A stretch of 64,000 bases of DNA from Candidatus Adlerbacteria bacterium (GCA_903884345.1 CAISEE010000046.1:3830-67829), one strand, 5' to 3'; positions 50,836 through 60,031 are shown, counted from the first letter of the stretch. Translations and numbers: made by a program. Notes: generated by a model not told the origin, from the sequence alone.

Positions 50836-52107
50836 TTAGTATTCGCGGAGCGAGATTTGCGCGTCGATGCGACGTGCGAGGTCGAGAATGACCGAGACGA
50901 CGATGAGGAGTGCGGTGCCGCCCAGGGTCAGCGACTGAATGCCGGTCAGGGATTGCATGGCAATCGGGAGGACGGCGATGACGCCAAGGAAGAGCGCGCC
51001 GACGAAGGTGATGCGGGTGATGATGCGGCCGAGGTACTCGGTGGTCGAGTTACCGGGGCGCACGCCCGGGATGAAAGCGCCATTCTTCTGGAGGTTCTCG
51101 GAAATCTGCTTGGGGTCGAAGGTAACCGCGGTGTAGAAGTAGGTGAAGAGGAAGACGAGCGCGAAGTAGATCGAGCCGTAGATACCGAGGTTCTGGAGGC
51201 CATGGAGGACGACGGTTGCGGCAGCAGCCACGAAGTGGATGTGCGAGGTCGTAAAGAAGGTCGCCACCATCTGCGGGATGAGGAGGAGCGAGAGCGCGAA
51301 GATAATCGGGATCACACCTGCCTGATTGAGGCGCAGCGGGAGGAAGGTCGTGGTGCCGCCATAGGTCTTCATGCCGCGCACGCGTTTGGCGTAGGTCACG
51401 GGCACCGGGCGCTCGGCCTCGGTCACAACGACGACGGCCCACACGATGGCGAAGGTGGCAGCGAGGAAGGCCAGGTAGACCGGGATCTGGCTTGCGGTAA
51501 ACGAGAAGGCAGCCTGGCTGATGTCACGCGGGAGGCGCGCCACGATACCGGCGAAGATGAGGACCGAGACGCCGTTGCCCAGGCCAAACTCCGAGACGAG
51601 TTCACCGAGCCACATAAGCAGCAGCGAGCCTGCGACGACGACCAAGAGGTTGACGCCAAACTGGAAGGCGTTGAGCGTCTGCATGATGCCCTCGCGCTGC
51701 AAGATAAGGAGGAAGCTGATGCCCTGGACGACGGCGATCGGGAGCGTCAAAAAGCGCGTGTACTGGGCGAACTTCTGGCGGCCTGCCTCACCCTCTTCTT
51801 GATAGAGCTGCTTGAGGCTCGGGATCATCATGGTCAAAAGCTGCAGGATGATCGACGCGGTGATGTAGGGGCCCACACCCAAAAGGACGATCGAGAGGTT
51901 CGAGAGTCCGCCGCCCGAGAAGAGGTTGAGGAGGCCGAAGAATTGGTTGTTGCTGAAGAATTGCTGGAGTGCCTGCGCGTTGATGCCCGGAATCGGGATC
52001 GACGCGAGCGCGCGAAAGATCGCGAGCGAGCCCAAGACGAAGAGCAACCGATTGCGGAGCGTCGAGTCTTTGAGCAGTAATGAAATTTTAGCTGCGAACG
52101 AGTTCAT
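50836..52107 (-). CDS. secY: Preprotein translocase subunit SecY
   Basis: 423 aa, 10 TMs, conserved SecY plug/hinge motifs. Confidence 0.9.
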   Translation of the reverse strand: MNSFAAKISLLLKDSTLRNRLLFVLGSLAIFRALASIPIPGINAQALQQFFSNNQFFGLLNLFSGGGLSNLSIVLLGVGPYITASIILQLLTMMIPSLKQLYQEEGEAGRQKFAQYTRFLTLPIAVVQGISFLLILQREGIMQTLNAFQFGVNLLVVVAGSLLLMWLGELVSEFGLGNGVSVLIFAGIVARLPRDISQAAFSFTASQIPVYLAFLAATFAIVWAVVVVTEAERPVPVTYAKRVRGMKTYGGTTTFLPLRLNQAGVIPIIFALSLLLIPQMVATFFTTSHIHFVAAAATVVLHGLQNLGIYGSIYFALVFLFTYFYTAVTFDPKQISENLQKNGAFIPGVRPGNSTTEYLGRIITRITFVGALFLGVIAVLPIAMQSLTGIQSLTLGGTALLIVVSVILDLARRIDAQISLREY

Positions 52108-52113
52108 GAGGGT

Positions 52114-52557
52114 TTACTCGGCAATCGAACCGCCCGCCTTCTCGATCTTCTCTTTAGCCGAGCCTGAAACGACGCAGCCGGCGATGATGAACTTCTTGGT
52201 GACCTCACCGTTGCCGAGAATCTTCACGGCCGGAGTGATGGTCTTGCGTGCGCGAACGAGGCCGCGCTCGACCAAGACTGCCGGCGAGATGGTCTCCCCC
52301 GCCTTGAAGGCGACCTCAAGCGAGCTCACATTCACGACCGCAGGCTTCTCCTGGATGCTGTAGAGGCCCTGGATGCCGCGTCCGCGCATCTTCGGAAGTT
52401 TCTTGAGCTTCTCGCGGACGTCTGGGCGAATCGAGTGACCGGCGCGCGCCTTCTGACCCTTGGTACCACGACCCGAGGTCTTGCCGCGAATACCGCCACG
52501 ACCGACGCGCTTGGCCGATTTCGTTGCTGTCTTTGGTTTGAGTTCGTGGAGTTGCAT
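52114..52557 (-). CDS. rplO: 50S ribosomal protein L15
   Basis: MQLHELKPKTATKSAKRVGRGGIRGKTSGRGTKGQKAR. Confidence 0.9.
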   Translation of the reverse strand: MQLHELKPKTATKSAKRVGRGGIRGKTSGRGTKGQKARAGHSIRPDVREKLKKLPKMRGRGIQGLYSIQEKPAVVNVSSLEVAFKAGETISPAVLVERGLVRARKTITPAVKILGNGEVTKKFIIAGCVVSGSAKEKIEKAGGSIAE

Positions 52558-52562
52558 AAAAG

Positions 52563-53174
52563 TTAGGCTTTGAGCTGCTTAAGCGCTTCGATTGCGGCGC
52601 GCGCGTTGTTAAGACCGTTCTTGCTGCCCGAGTGGATCTTGGCCACCACATTGGTGACGCCACCCAATTCGAGGACCGGGCGAACCGACGAGCCGGCGAC
52701 GAGACCGCGGCCGCGAGCCGGCATGAGCGAGACGCGTGCGGCGCAGTACTTGGCGTCGACCTCGTGTGCGATCGAGGTGTCTTTGGTGAGGTTGATGGTG
52801 ATCATGTGCTTCTTGGCATCGCGGACCGCCTTGTCGATTGCAAGCGTCGTGTCCCCTGCTTTGCCGAGACCCACACCGACTTTGCCCTTCTTGTTGCCGA
52901 TGATGATTGCAACCGAGAATGAGAAGCGGCGACCGCCGGCGACCACACGCGCCACGCGGCGGATGTTGATCATCTTTTGGTCAAACTCGCTTTTCGCGCG
53001 CGGAGGGCGCGGACCGCGATTGCCGCCAGGGCCACCTGGGCGACCGCCGGGGCGACCAGCACCGCCGCGAGCACCGCGTCCGCGCGGCGAAAACGCCGGC
53101 TTTGCCGAAGGAGCAGCGGCAGTGGTTGCCTCTGGTGCCTGTCCTGCGGTGATGTTGTTTTCGATGTCAGCCAT
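52563..53174 (-). CDS. rpsE: 30S ribosomal protein S5 (with Arg/Gly/Pro-rich N-terminal extension)
   Basis: MINIRRVARVVAGGRRFSFSVAIIIGNKKGKVGVGLGKA core; ~60-aa RG-rich extension. Confidence 0.9.
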   Translation of the reverse strand: MADIENNITAGQAPEATTAAAPSAKPAFSPRGRGARGGAGRPGGRPGGPGGNRGPRPPRAKSEFDQKMINIRRVARVVAGGRRFSFSVAIIIGNKKGKVGVGLGKAGDTTLAIDKAVRDAKKHMITINLTKDTSIAHEVDAKYCAARVSLMPARGRGLVAGSSVRPVLELGGVTNVVAKIHSGSKNGLNNARAAIEALKQLKA

Positions 53175-53184
53175 GAATAGATAG

Positions 53185-53538
53185 TTAGAATTTCAAACCG
53201 CCCTCGCGAGCCGCATCAGCCAATACAGCGACCCGTCCGGTGTAGCGGAACCCGCCGCGGTCAAAGACCACCGTCGTGATGCCGAGCGCCGCCGCCTTCT
53301 TGGCGAGTTCGACGCCGAGCGCCTTTGCGGCATCGGTCTTCTTCATGCCCTTGGCAGCCTCTTTGGTCGAGCCTGCGACCAGGGTGACGCGCTTTGCGTC
53401 ATCGATGATCTGCGCGTGCATGTAGCGGTTCGATTTGTAGACCGACAGGCGCGGCTGCGTGGCCGAGCCGATGACCTGGGTGCGGATACGTGCGTGACGT
53501 CGTTCGCGGCCGATTCGTTTGTTGTTGGTAGTAGTCAT
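53185..53538 (-). CDS. rplR: 50S ribosomal protein L18
   Basis: RHARIRTQVIGSATQPRLSVYKSNRYMHAQIID. Confidence 0.9.
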   Translation of the reverse strand: MTTTNNKRIGRERRHARIRTQVIGSATQPRLSVYKSNRYMHAQIIDDAKRVTLVAGSTKEAAKGMKKTDAAKALGVELAKKAAALGITTVVFDRGGFRYTGRVAVLADAAREGGLKF

Positions 53539-53546
53539 AACGGTGT

Positions 53547-54080
53547 TTATGAGGTCTTCTTACCCTGCTTGCGGCGGATAACTTCCCCATCGTAGCGGAT
53601 GCCCTTGCCTTTGTACGGCTCCGGCTTCTTCTGCGCGCGGACGTTTGCGGCAAACTGGCCGACCGCCTCTTTATCAAAACCGGTGATGGTGAGTGCGTTC
53701 TTCTCGGCGACGACAGTGAGCCCTTCGGGGATCGCCATCTTGACCGGGTGCGAGAAGCCGAGCGAGAGGTTGAGCACCTTGCCCTGAACATCCCACTTGA
53801 AGCCGACGCCTTCGACGAGGAGCTTCTTGCTGTAACCCTTGGTCACGCCTTCGAGCATGTTGCGTACGTGCGAGGCGTAGGTGCCGACGGTTGCGCGTGA
53901 CTCGATGGTCGACCCCTTGGCCGAGACCTGGACACCCTCTGGAGTGACCTCGACAGAGACGAGGCGGTTGGCTGCGCGGGTGAGCGTTCCCTTCGGACCC
54001 TTGACCGTGATAAGGCCGCCCGAAACGGTGAGTTCGGTTTGTGCGGGGAGGCTGATTGGGCGTTTAGCAAGACGTGACAT
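53547..54080 (-). CDS. rplF: 50S ribosomal protein L6
   Basis: MSRLAKRPISLPAQTELTVSGGLITVKGPKGTL. Confidence 0.9.
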   Translation of the reverse strand: MSRLAKRPISLPAQTELTVSGGLITVKGPKGTLTRAANRLVSVEVTPEGVQVSAKGSTIESRATVGTYASHVRNMLEGVTKGYSKKLLVEGVGFKWDVQGKVLNLSLGFSHPVKMAIPEGLTVVAEKNALTITGFDKEAVGQFAANVRAQKKPEPYKGKGIRYDGEVIRRKQGKKTS

Positions 54081-54086
54081 AATGAT

Positions 54087-54476
54087 TTACCAAATTTCGA
54101 ACAGAGTCTCGCCGCCGACGCGCTGCTCGCGAGCTTCTTTACCAGTAAGGATGCCTGCCGGGGTCGAGAGGAGCAGAAGGCCGTGACCACGCTTGACCGG
54201 CTGGATGTCGCGCACACCGGCGTAGAGGCGGCGTGAGGGCTTCGAGAGGCGCTTGACGCCCGAGATGACCGGCTTGCCGTCTTTGTAGGCAAGAGCGACG
54301 ATAAGCGAGGCGCCGGCCTTGGACTTCTTGTCGATCGAGGCGACATAGCCCTCGCGGACCAAGACCTCGGCGATGGCACGCTTCATCTGCGAGTACGGCA
54401 AGGTCAAAGTCTCCTTACCAGCGTTGCTGGCGTTCTTGAGACGAATAATGAAATCTGCTGTTGGGTCGGTTACCAT
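54087..54476 (-). CDS. rpsH: 30S ribosomal protein S8
   Basis: [45 protein letters not shown]. Confidence 0.9.
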   Translation of the reverse strand: MVTDPTADFIIRLKNASNAGKETLTLPYSQMKRAIAEVLVREGYVASIDKKSKAGASLIVALAYKDGKPVISGVKRLSKPSRRLYAGVRDIQPVKRGHGLLLLSTPAGILTGKEAREQRVGGETLFEIW

Positions 54477-54655
54477 GATGATTTTCGGATGCCCGGAATA
54501 AGACCTTCGTTAGCGGCTTCGCGGAAGCAGGTGCGGCACATACCGAAGTCGCGCATAAACGAGCGAGCGCGGCCGCAGCGGAAACAGCGGTTAACCGCGC
54601 GCGAAGAGAACTTCGGCGTCTTATTCGATCTTGCTACTGTAGATTTTTTTGCCAT
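54470..54655 (-). CDS. rpsZ: 30S ribosomal protein S14 type Z (zinc-binding)
   Basis: 61 aa; [23 protein letters not shown] (C4 zinc ribbon). Confidence 0.9.
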   Translation of the reverse strand: MAKKSTVARSNKTPKFSSRAVNRCFRCGRARSFMRDFGMCRTCFREAANEGLIPGIRKSSW

Positions 54656-54690
54656 TTAGAAAAGAAAAGCCCGAAAAAAGGGCTTCGCAG
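54656..54690 (-). promoter_or_regulatory. Leader hairpin plus U-tract directly abutting rpsZ AUG (terminator-like attenuator/operator)
   Basis: On the minus strand: GAAGCCC-ttttttc-GGGCTT-TTCTTTTCTAA-ATG; no SD sequence. Confidence 0.55.
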
Positions 54691-54719
54691 ATAGTACGCG
54701 AAAGCGGTTAGAAAGTCAA
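54691..54719 (-). promoter_or_regulatory. Near-consensus sigma-70 promoter for rpsZ-secY operon
   Basis: On the minus strand: TTGACT-17 nt-TACTAT, ~7 nt upstream of the hairpin leader. Confidence 0.55.
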
Positions 54720-54771
54720 CAAACTCGCCTGCGCTTCATATAGTTTCCATACCCTGCCCTGTGGAAACCCT

Positions 54772-55515
54772 ATGGTTGCGAGTGGTGGTACAATGGAAAT
54801 ATATATGATTGAAATAGACTCACTGCACAAACAGATTGACGGGCGAACCATCGTGTCCAACCTCTCACTTTCGATACAAAAGGGCTCTGTCTTCGGCTTT
54901 TTGGGCCCCAACGGAGCGGGCAAGACGACCACGATGAAGATTCTGGTGGGACTCAACCACCCCTCCTCGGGGCGGGTCACCATCGACGGGCACGCCCCGA
55001 GCGAGACCCTGACCCGCGAGAAACTGGGCTTTATGCCCGAGGCACCGTACTTCTACGAGCACCTCACGGGGTTGGAGTTCCTGCGCTTTTGCGGCGAGCT
55101 CTTTGCCCGGCCCCGCGGCGAGGCCGCCTACGAGGCACTGCTGCGCAAAGTCGGCATCTTCGAGGCCAAAGACCAGCGCATCACCACCTACTCCAAGGGC
55201 ATGAAGCAGCGCCTGGGGTTTGCGCAGGCCCTGGTGAATGACCCCGAGTACGTCTTCCTCGACGAGCCCTTGGATGGCCTTGACCCCATCGGCCGCCGGG
55301 CGCTTAAATCGATGATCCGGGAACTCAAGCACGACGGGCGCACGGTCTTCTTTAACTCTCACATCCTCTTTGACACCGAGGAGCTGTGCGACGAGATCGG
55401 CATCCTCAACCGCGGCTCCCTCCTGTTTGCCGGCCCTTTGGGCGAGTTTACCCGCGGCCTGTCGCTGGAAGAGCAGTTCGTCGCCACTATTGAGCAACTC
55501 GAAGTAACTGCATGA
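54772..55515 (+). CDS. ABC transporter ATP-binding protein
   Basis: Walker A GPNGAGKTTT, Q-loop, signature-like YSKGMKQRL, Walker B VFLDEPLDGLD. Alternative start at 54793. Confidence 0.85.
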   Translation: MVASGGTMEIYMIEIDSLHKQIDGRTIVSNLSLSIQKGSVFGFLGPNGAGKTTTMKILVGLNHPSSGRVTIDGHAPSETLTREKLGFMPEAPYFYEHLTGLEFLRFCGELFARPRGEAAYEALLRKVGIFEAKDQRITTYSKGMKQRLGFAQALVNDPEYVFLDEPLDGLDPIGRRALKSMIRELKHDGRTVFFNSHILFDTEELCDEIGILNRGSLLFAGPLGEFTRGLSLEEQFVATIEQLEVTA

Positions 55516-56288
55516 AACACTCATTTATCCGCGACACCCTGGTCGTCGCCAAAAATACGTTCAAAGAAAGCGTGCGCGACAAGGTCTTTTACGCCCTCTT
55601 CGCCTTCGCCTTCATCACCATCACCTTTACCCTCTTCTTGGGTTCGATTTCGCTGAGCGAAGACGTCCACGTGATTCGAAGCCTCGGGATGGCCGGCATC
55701 TACCTCTTTAGCATCCTCATCACGGTCTTTTTGGGCACCGCGCTCATGTACAAAGAGATCGAGCGCCGCACGCTCTACTTCATCCTCTCAAAACCAGTCA
55801 CCCACGCGCAGGTCGTGGTCGGCAAGTTCCTCGGGCTCTTTGCGAGTGTCGCACTCTCGACCCTGGGTATGACGGCAGTCTACCTCGCGACCGTGCTCTA
55901 CGCGGGCGGCGGGTTTGATCGATTGGCACTTCTGGCCGTCTTCTTCGAGATTCTCGAGCTCGGCCTCCTCATCGCGCTCTCAATCTTCTTCTCGACCTTC
56001 GCCAAGCCCCTTGCGGGCGCGGTCTACGCCATCCTCGTCATCTACATCGGCCACTCGCTGGGGATGCTCGCTGCGGTCTCCGAAAAGAGCGGCGTTCTCG
56101 CGCACCGCTTCATCCAAGTGCTCTACTACCTTTTGCCCAACCTCGAGAAATTTAACATACGCGATTTGGTCCTCTACAACCAGGCACCCTCGCTCTCTGC
56201 CACCCTGGCGGTCGTCCTCTACGCCGCGGTCTACGCGACGATACTCCTGTGCGGCGGGACACTACTTCTTAAGCGACGCGAATTTTAG
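55512..56288 (+). CDS. ABC-2 family transporter permease
   Basis: 258 aa, six TM helices; overlaps the ATPase stop (ATGA). Confidence 0.75.
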   Translation: MKHSFIRDTLVVAKNTFKESVRDKVFYALFAFAFITITFTLFLGSISLSEDVHVIRSLGMAGIYLFSILITVFLGTALMYKEIERRTLYFILSKPVTHAQVVVGKFLGLFASVALSTLGMTAVYLATVLYAGGGFDRLALLAVFFEILELGLLIALSIFFSTFAKPLAGAVYAILVIYIGHSLGMLAAVSEKSGVLAHRFIQVLYYLLPNLEKFNIRDLVLYNQAPSLSATLAVVLYAAVYATILLCGGTLLLKRREF

Positions 56289-56290
56289 CC

Positions 56291-57121
56291 ATGCCCGAGG
56301 TCGTACGACATAGCAGTACTGCGCGCTGGGCACTCGCGCTGACCCTCCTCATCGCGCTCGTGGGAAGCCAGGTTTTCTTTGACCGCAACGCGCCCCAGGG
56401 CCACGACATTCCACTGAGCACCCTCTCGCCCGACGTCGTGCGCGCCGCAGACCTTGGCCTGCACGGGGCGGCGGCATCTCTGCTGTGGCTTCGTGTCGTG
56501 CAAAACGTCGGTATGTACGTCCTGCAGTCGCCCAAGACCATGTCGAGCGACATGCAGGCGGTCGTCGAGCTGGATCCCAAGTTTAGCTACCCCTACAGCT
56601 TCGCCGTGCTCATGATCCCCGGCATCGATCGCTCGCAGACGCCCCAAGCACTGGCAATCGGCGAGCGCGGCATGGCCGAGAACCTCGGCGACTGGCGCAT
56701 CCCCTACTACCTGGGCTTTACCTACCACTTCGTGCTGCACGACCCCAAAAACGCCCTCGTGTATATGACACAGACGGCGCACACGCCGGGCGTCCCCGAG
56801 GGCATCAAGGTCTCGGCACTCAACTATGGCTCACAGACGAAGGTCGAGGAACAGACGCGCGAGATCTGGACCGCGATTCGCGACAATGCCACCGACGACG
56901 TCACCCGCCAGCAGGCGCAAGATAACCTCGACCACCTCGCCATCATCGACGGCCTAAAAGCCGCGGTGGCAGCCTACAAGGCTCGATACGGCACCTTCCC
57001 CACCCGCCTCGACGCACTCGTCACCTCGGGGATCATCCCGGCGATTCCGCAAGATCCGTTCGGCATCACGTTTGGTATACTGCACGACAACGGCGAGCTC
57101 ACGTTTTCACTCGGCAAATAA
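56291..57121 (+). CDS. Hypothetical membrane-anchored protein; C-terminus with pseudopilin-like YGxFPxxLxxLV...P(Q)DP(F/W)G motif
   Basis: N-terminal TM; C-terminal AAYKARYGTFPTRLDALVTSGIIPAIPQDPFG. Confidence 0.5.
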   Translation: MPEVVRHSSTARWALALTLLIALVGSQVFFDRNAPQGHDIPLSTLSPDVVRAADLGLHGAAASLLWLRVVQNVGMYVLQSPKTMSSDMQAVVELDPKFSYPYSFAVLMIPGIDRSQTPQALAIGERGMAENLGDWRIPYYLGFTYHFVLHDPKNALVYMTQTAHTPGVPEGIKVSALNYGSQTKVEEQTREIWTAIRDNATDDVTRQQAQDNLDHLAIIDGLKAAVAAYKARYGTFPTRLDALVTSGIIPAIPQDPFGITFGILHDNGELTFSLGK

Positions 57122-57130
57122 CATTCCTGC

Positions 57131-58621
57131 ATGCACCACCACGCCGACCTCTACGCGATTCTTCCCCTCTCGGCGCTCGCCCTTCTGACCACCCTCTCGG
57201 CGCTCTCCAACCCCTACAGCCGCATGAGTCGCGTGCGCAATCCGTTTGAGACCAAGCTTGCGCACGGCCGCATCACACTCACGAAACGGTTCGACCTGTC
57301 GGTGCGCCGATCGCTCTTTTGGCGTCTGTTCGCATACGGCAAATGCGGGTGGCACATCGTCTCGAACGTGCGCGCGGGCTCTCGCGCCAAAAGCAAAACC
57401 CGCGAGGGCATCATTCGCGACATCCACCGCGTGCGTTTCAATCCCAAGCGGCCGTACGTCATCTCGGGCGACCACTTCAACGTCTTCTACCCGCGCAACC
57501 TCGGCGTCTTTTACTACGCGATGATCGACCCGCGCACGGCACTGAGCCCCGCCGATTTCGAGCATCGCCAGCGCCTGTACCTGCAGTCGGCGGCCTACGC
57601 CATCGCCGCCTTCGCCGAACATGGCGATTGCACGACGACCATCGTCCCCGTGGGCGAGCGTGCCGTCTGCTGCATCAACTTCTACACCTACCCCTCCGAC
57701 GCCCTCTACGGCATCCTCTTTGCGCTTGCCGTCCTGCGCGACGATCGTGTCTTTTGCGAGCGATTCCCTTTCACCCCCGCTGCCGCCCCTGCGCCCGTGA
57801 CCAAAGATGCCGCCGAGGCGCTGCTTAGCGAGCGCCGCGCGACACTCGAACTGCTCCTGCAAAAGTACGTCGTACATGTTTATGATTTTGAAACCGGCCT
57901 CATTAAAACCAACGTGCGCATCTCGTCGGCCAAAGACATCACCATCCGCGAGGGTGCGTTTTATGACAACGTCATCGTATGGAAGACGCTGTCGCTGGCC
58001 GACGAACTTGGTCTCACTCGACCTGACATTAACCTGCCTCAGCTGAAGGCCCGCATTCTTACGGCCTTCTGGCGCGAGCAAGACGGCTTCTTTCTCGAGG
58101 ATCAATCGCGTGCCGCGGCGAGCGAGGGCTACTACTCGGCCGACTGGCTGACCGCTTTCTTCACCGGATTCCTCGATGCCAACGTCCCCGCCGAAGTAAC
58201 GTACCTGCGCCGCGCGGTCGGCTACACGATGCGACAAAACCTCGACCTCCCCTTCCCGCTGCGCTACCAGGGCGAGGATCGCGCGAGCCGACAGTACCCG
58301 CTCGTGCGCCTCGTCGTCCCCTCCTACGGCGGCACCAGCATCTGGAGCTTTTGGGGCGCCGAGTTCATCAAGCTTTTGGTCGTCCTCTACCGCCACACGG
58401 GAAACGAGACATACCTTGCGCGCGCCGGCCAGCACGTCGAAACGTATGAAAAGAATATGGAACAGTACCGCGGCTACCCCGAGGTCTACAACACCGACGG
58501 CGGCATGCTCAACACACCGCTCTACAAATCCGTCCGCCAAACCGGCTGGGTCGTCGGCTTCGAACAAGCCGCCGCGATGTACCGTGCGGCTACAGAAATC
58601 ACAGAAGCGGCAAAAAATTAA
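57131..58621 (+). CDS. Hypothetical 496-aa protein, Trp/Tyr/aromatic-rich, possibly glycoside-hydrolase-like (alpha/alpha barrel)
   Basis: Signal-like N-terminus; motifs GDHFNVFYPRNLGVFYY, GGTSIWSFWGAEFIKLLVVLYRHTGNETYL, GYPEVYNTDGGML. Family assignment uncertain. Confidence 0.5.
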   Translation: MHHHADLYAILPLSALALLTTLSALSNPYSRMSRVRNPFETKLAHGRITLTKRFDLSVRRSLFWRLFAYGKCGWHIVSNVRAGSRAKSKTREGIIRDIHRVRFNPKRPYVISGDHFNVFYPRNLGVFYYAMIDPRTALSPADFEHRQRLYLQSAAYAIAAFAEHGDCTTTIVPVGERAVCCINFYTYPSDALYGILFALAVLRDDRVFCERFPFTPAAAPAPVTKDAAEALLSERRATLELLLQKYVVHVYDFETGLIKTNVRISSAKDITIREGAFYDNVIVWKTLSLADELGLTRPDINLPQLKARILTAFWREQDGFFLEDQSRAAASEGYYSADWLTAFFTGFLDANVPAEVTYLRRAVGYTMRQNLDLPFPLRYQGEDRASRQYPLVRLVVPSYGGTSIWSFWGAEFIKLLVVLYRHTGNETYLARAGQHVETYEKNMEQYRGYPEVYNTDGGMLNTPLYKSVRQTGWVVGFEQAAAMYRAATEITEAAKN

Positions 58622-58709
58622 CGCTTCATCTTTTCATGTACAAGCACCTCCTGGTTGAGTAAAATGATGCGCAGACGGACTGCGATACCACAACAAACAA
58701 AGGGAAGGA

Positions 58710-59102
58710 TTGCATTGCATGGTCGAGGCGTCACTCATCGCACAGACGTTTTGCACGAACCTCACGTTCTTAGCTGCGCTTATCGAGGCCTTTCACGACT
58801 ATAACGAAAAAGTACCCAACGGAGGCGAAATTTCCAGCACGACATTGACGCTGTACGAGGAGTCGGCCGATACCGAATACCAGATTCGCATTGACTTGAG
58901 TCCGCACCTCAGCCGGGACGGACCCGATCGACTCCTCGACGCCCACGGGCTTACCTTGCGCGAGGATGTGCAACACGTTCTCACTGCGCTCCTCACCCAT
59001 CATCGTGGGCACAAGGATTCACCGAGCATCTTAGTTCTCATCATACTTCTGTCATCAAACGCCGGTCACGGCACCGCGTCTGCTACGATTCCCATCCGCT
59101 AA
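58710..59102 (+). CDS. Hypothetical protein
   Basis: 130-aa ORF; lower-GC region; no motif. Confidence 0.4.
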   Translation: MHCMVEASLIAQTFCTNLTFLAALIEAFHDYNEKVPNGGEISSTTLTLYEESADTEYQIRIDLSPHLSRDGPDRLLDAHGLTLREDVQHVLTALLTHHRGHKDSPSILVLIILLSSNAGHGTASATIPIR

Positions 59103-59172
59103 GTACCAACGATACACGGCCTCACTCGCAAGAGCGGGGCCGTAACTAGTTCGCCCAACGAGCGTTGTATAT

Positions 59173-59489
59173 GTGTATATGACCAAACACCCCATCCTAA
59201 ACGCATTGCTGGCGGCCTTGTATATCGGCCTCATCGCGTCGTTAATGTTCTTCGGGCAGCGATACGTTGACCCGGTCGATAACGTGCTCATGCCGATGAC
59301 CATGCTGTCCTTGTTGACACTCTCGGTCGCGTTTATGGCCTGCGCTTTTTCCTCCAGCCCGTACTCCTGTATTTGGACGGACACAAGGTCGCGGCCGTCA
59401 AACTGATCCTGCACACCATCGCCGCCTTCGCGATCATCACAGCGCTCTTTCTCGCCGCCCTCTTCATCTCGCCGCTACTCTACAAATAA
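59173..59489 (+). pseudogene. Small membrane protein, frameshifted in a T5 run
   Basis: Frame 1 ...LSVAFMACAF then -1 frame FLQPVLLYLDGHKVAAVKLILHTIAAFAIITALFLAALFISPLLYK*. Frames join if T5 at 59346..59350 were T6. Confidence 0.6.
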
Positions 59490-59494
59490 AGAGT

Positions 59495-59517
59495 TTGCGG
59501 AGGTCAGTCCTCCGCAA
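59495..59517 (+). repeat. Repeated terminator-hairpin motif (copy 2)
   Basis: TTGCGGAGG-tcagt-CCTCCGCAA followed by ATTTGTTT; 20-nt identity with 42935..42954. Confidence 0.7.
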
Positions 59518-59584
59518 ATTTGTTTGACAAGACCATGCGTTTAGGTACTATGCAAAATAGCTAAACTAGTTCATGGAGAACGTA

Positions 59585-60031
59585 ATGCTTACGCGACGGC
59601 AGGTATTCATAGGTGCTACTGCTGCTGCAGCAATGGCTCCTGTATTGGCTAACATGATGCTCGATACCAGCGCCGCTTCGGAGCGCGATGCTGCTCTGCG
59701 GTTGATCGCGGCACGGGTGAAGACAGCGCTCAGCACCCCCGTTTCGACGAACGCAACGCCGGACTTCGTACGGATGTGGGAGCAACTCACCGCCGAATGG
59801 AGAACCGCACCAGACCTTGTAGCGATGGTGGAACAGAAGACAAACAGGATTTTCGCCAACGGCTACTCGATCTTGGTGTACGCGCACTTCGGCAGCCTGC
59901 CCTCGCAAGGGATGGTAAGGGATTACTTCTCCGACTACGCTCTCGACCACTTCCCGTTCCACTACCATGAATTACGCGAGCCGGAGATGCTTGCGGCATT
60001 CACAGCGCTTGTGCCCCAACACCTGCGCTGA
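59585..60031 (+). CDS. Hypothetical secreted protein with twin-arginine (Tat) signal peptide
   Basis: MLTRRQVFIGATAAAAMAPVLA (S/T-R-R-x-F-L/I-G plus h-region plus AxA); GGAGAA SD. Confidence 0.6.
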   Translation: MLTRRQVFIGATAAAAMAPVLANMMLDTSAASERDAALRLIAARVKTALSTPVSTNATPDFVRMWEQLTAEWRTAPDLVAMVEQKTNRIFANGYSILVYAHFGSLPSQGMVRDYFSDYALDHFPFHYHELREPEMLAAFTALVPQHLR

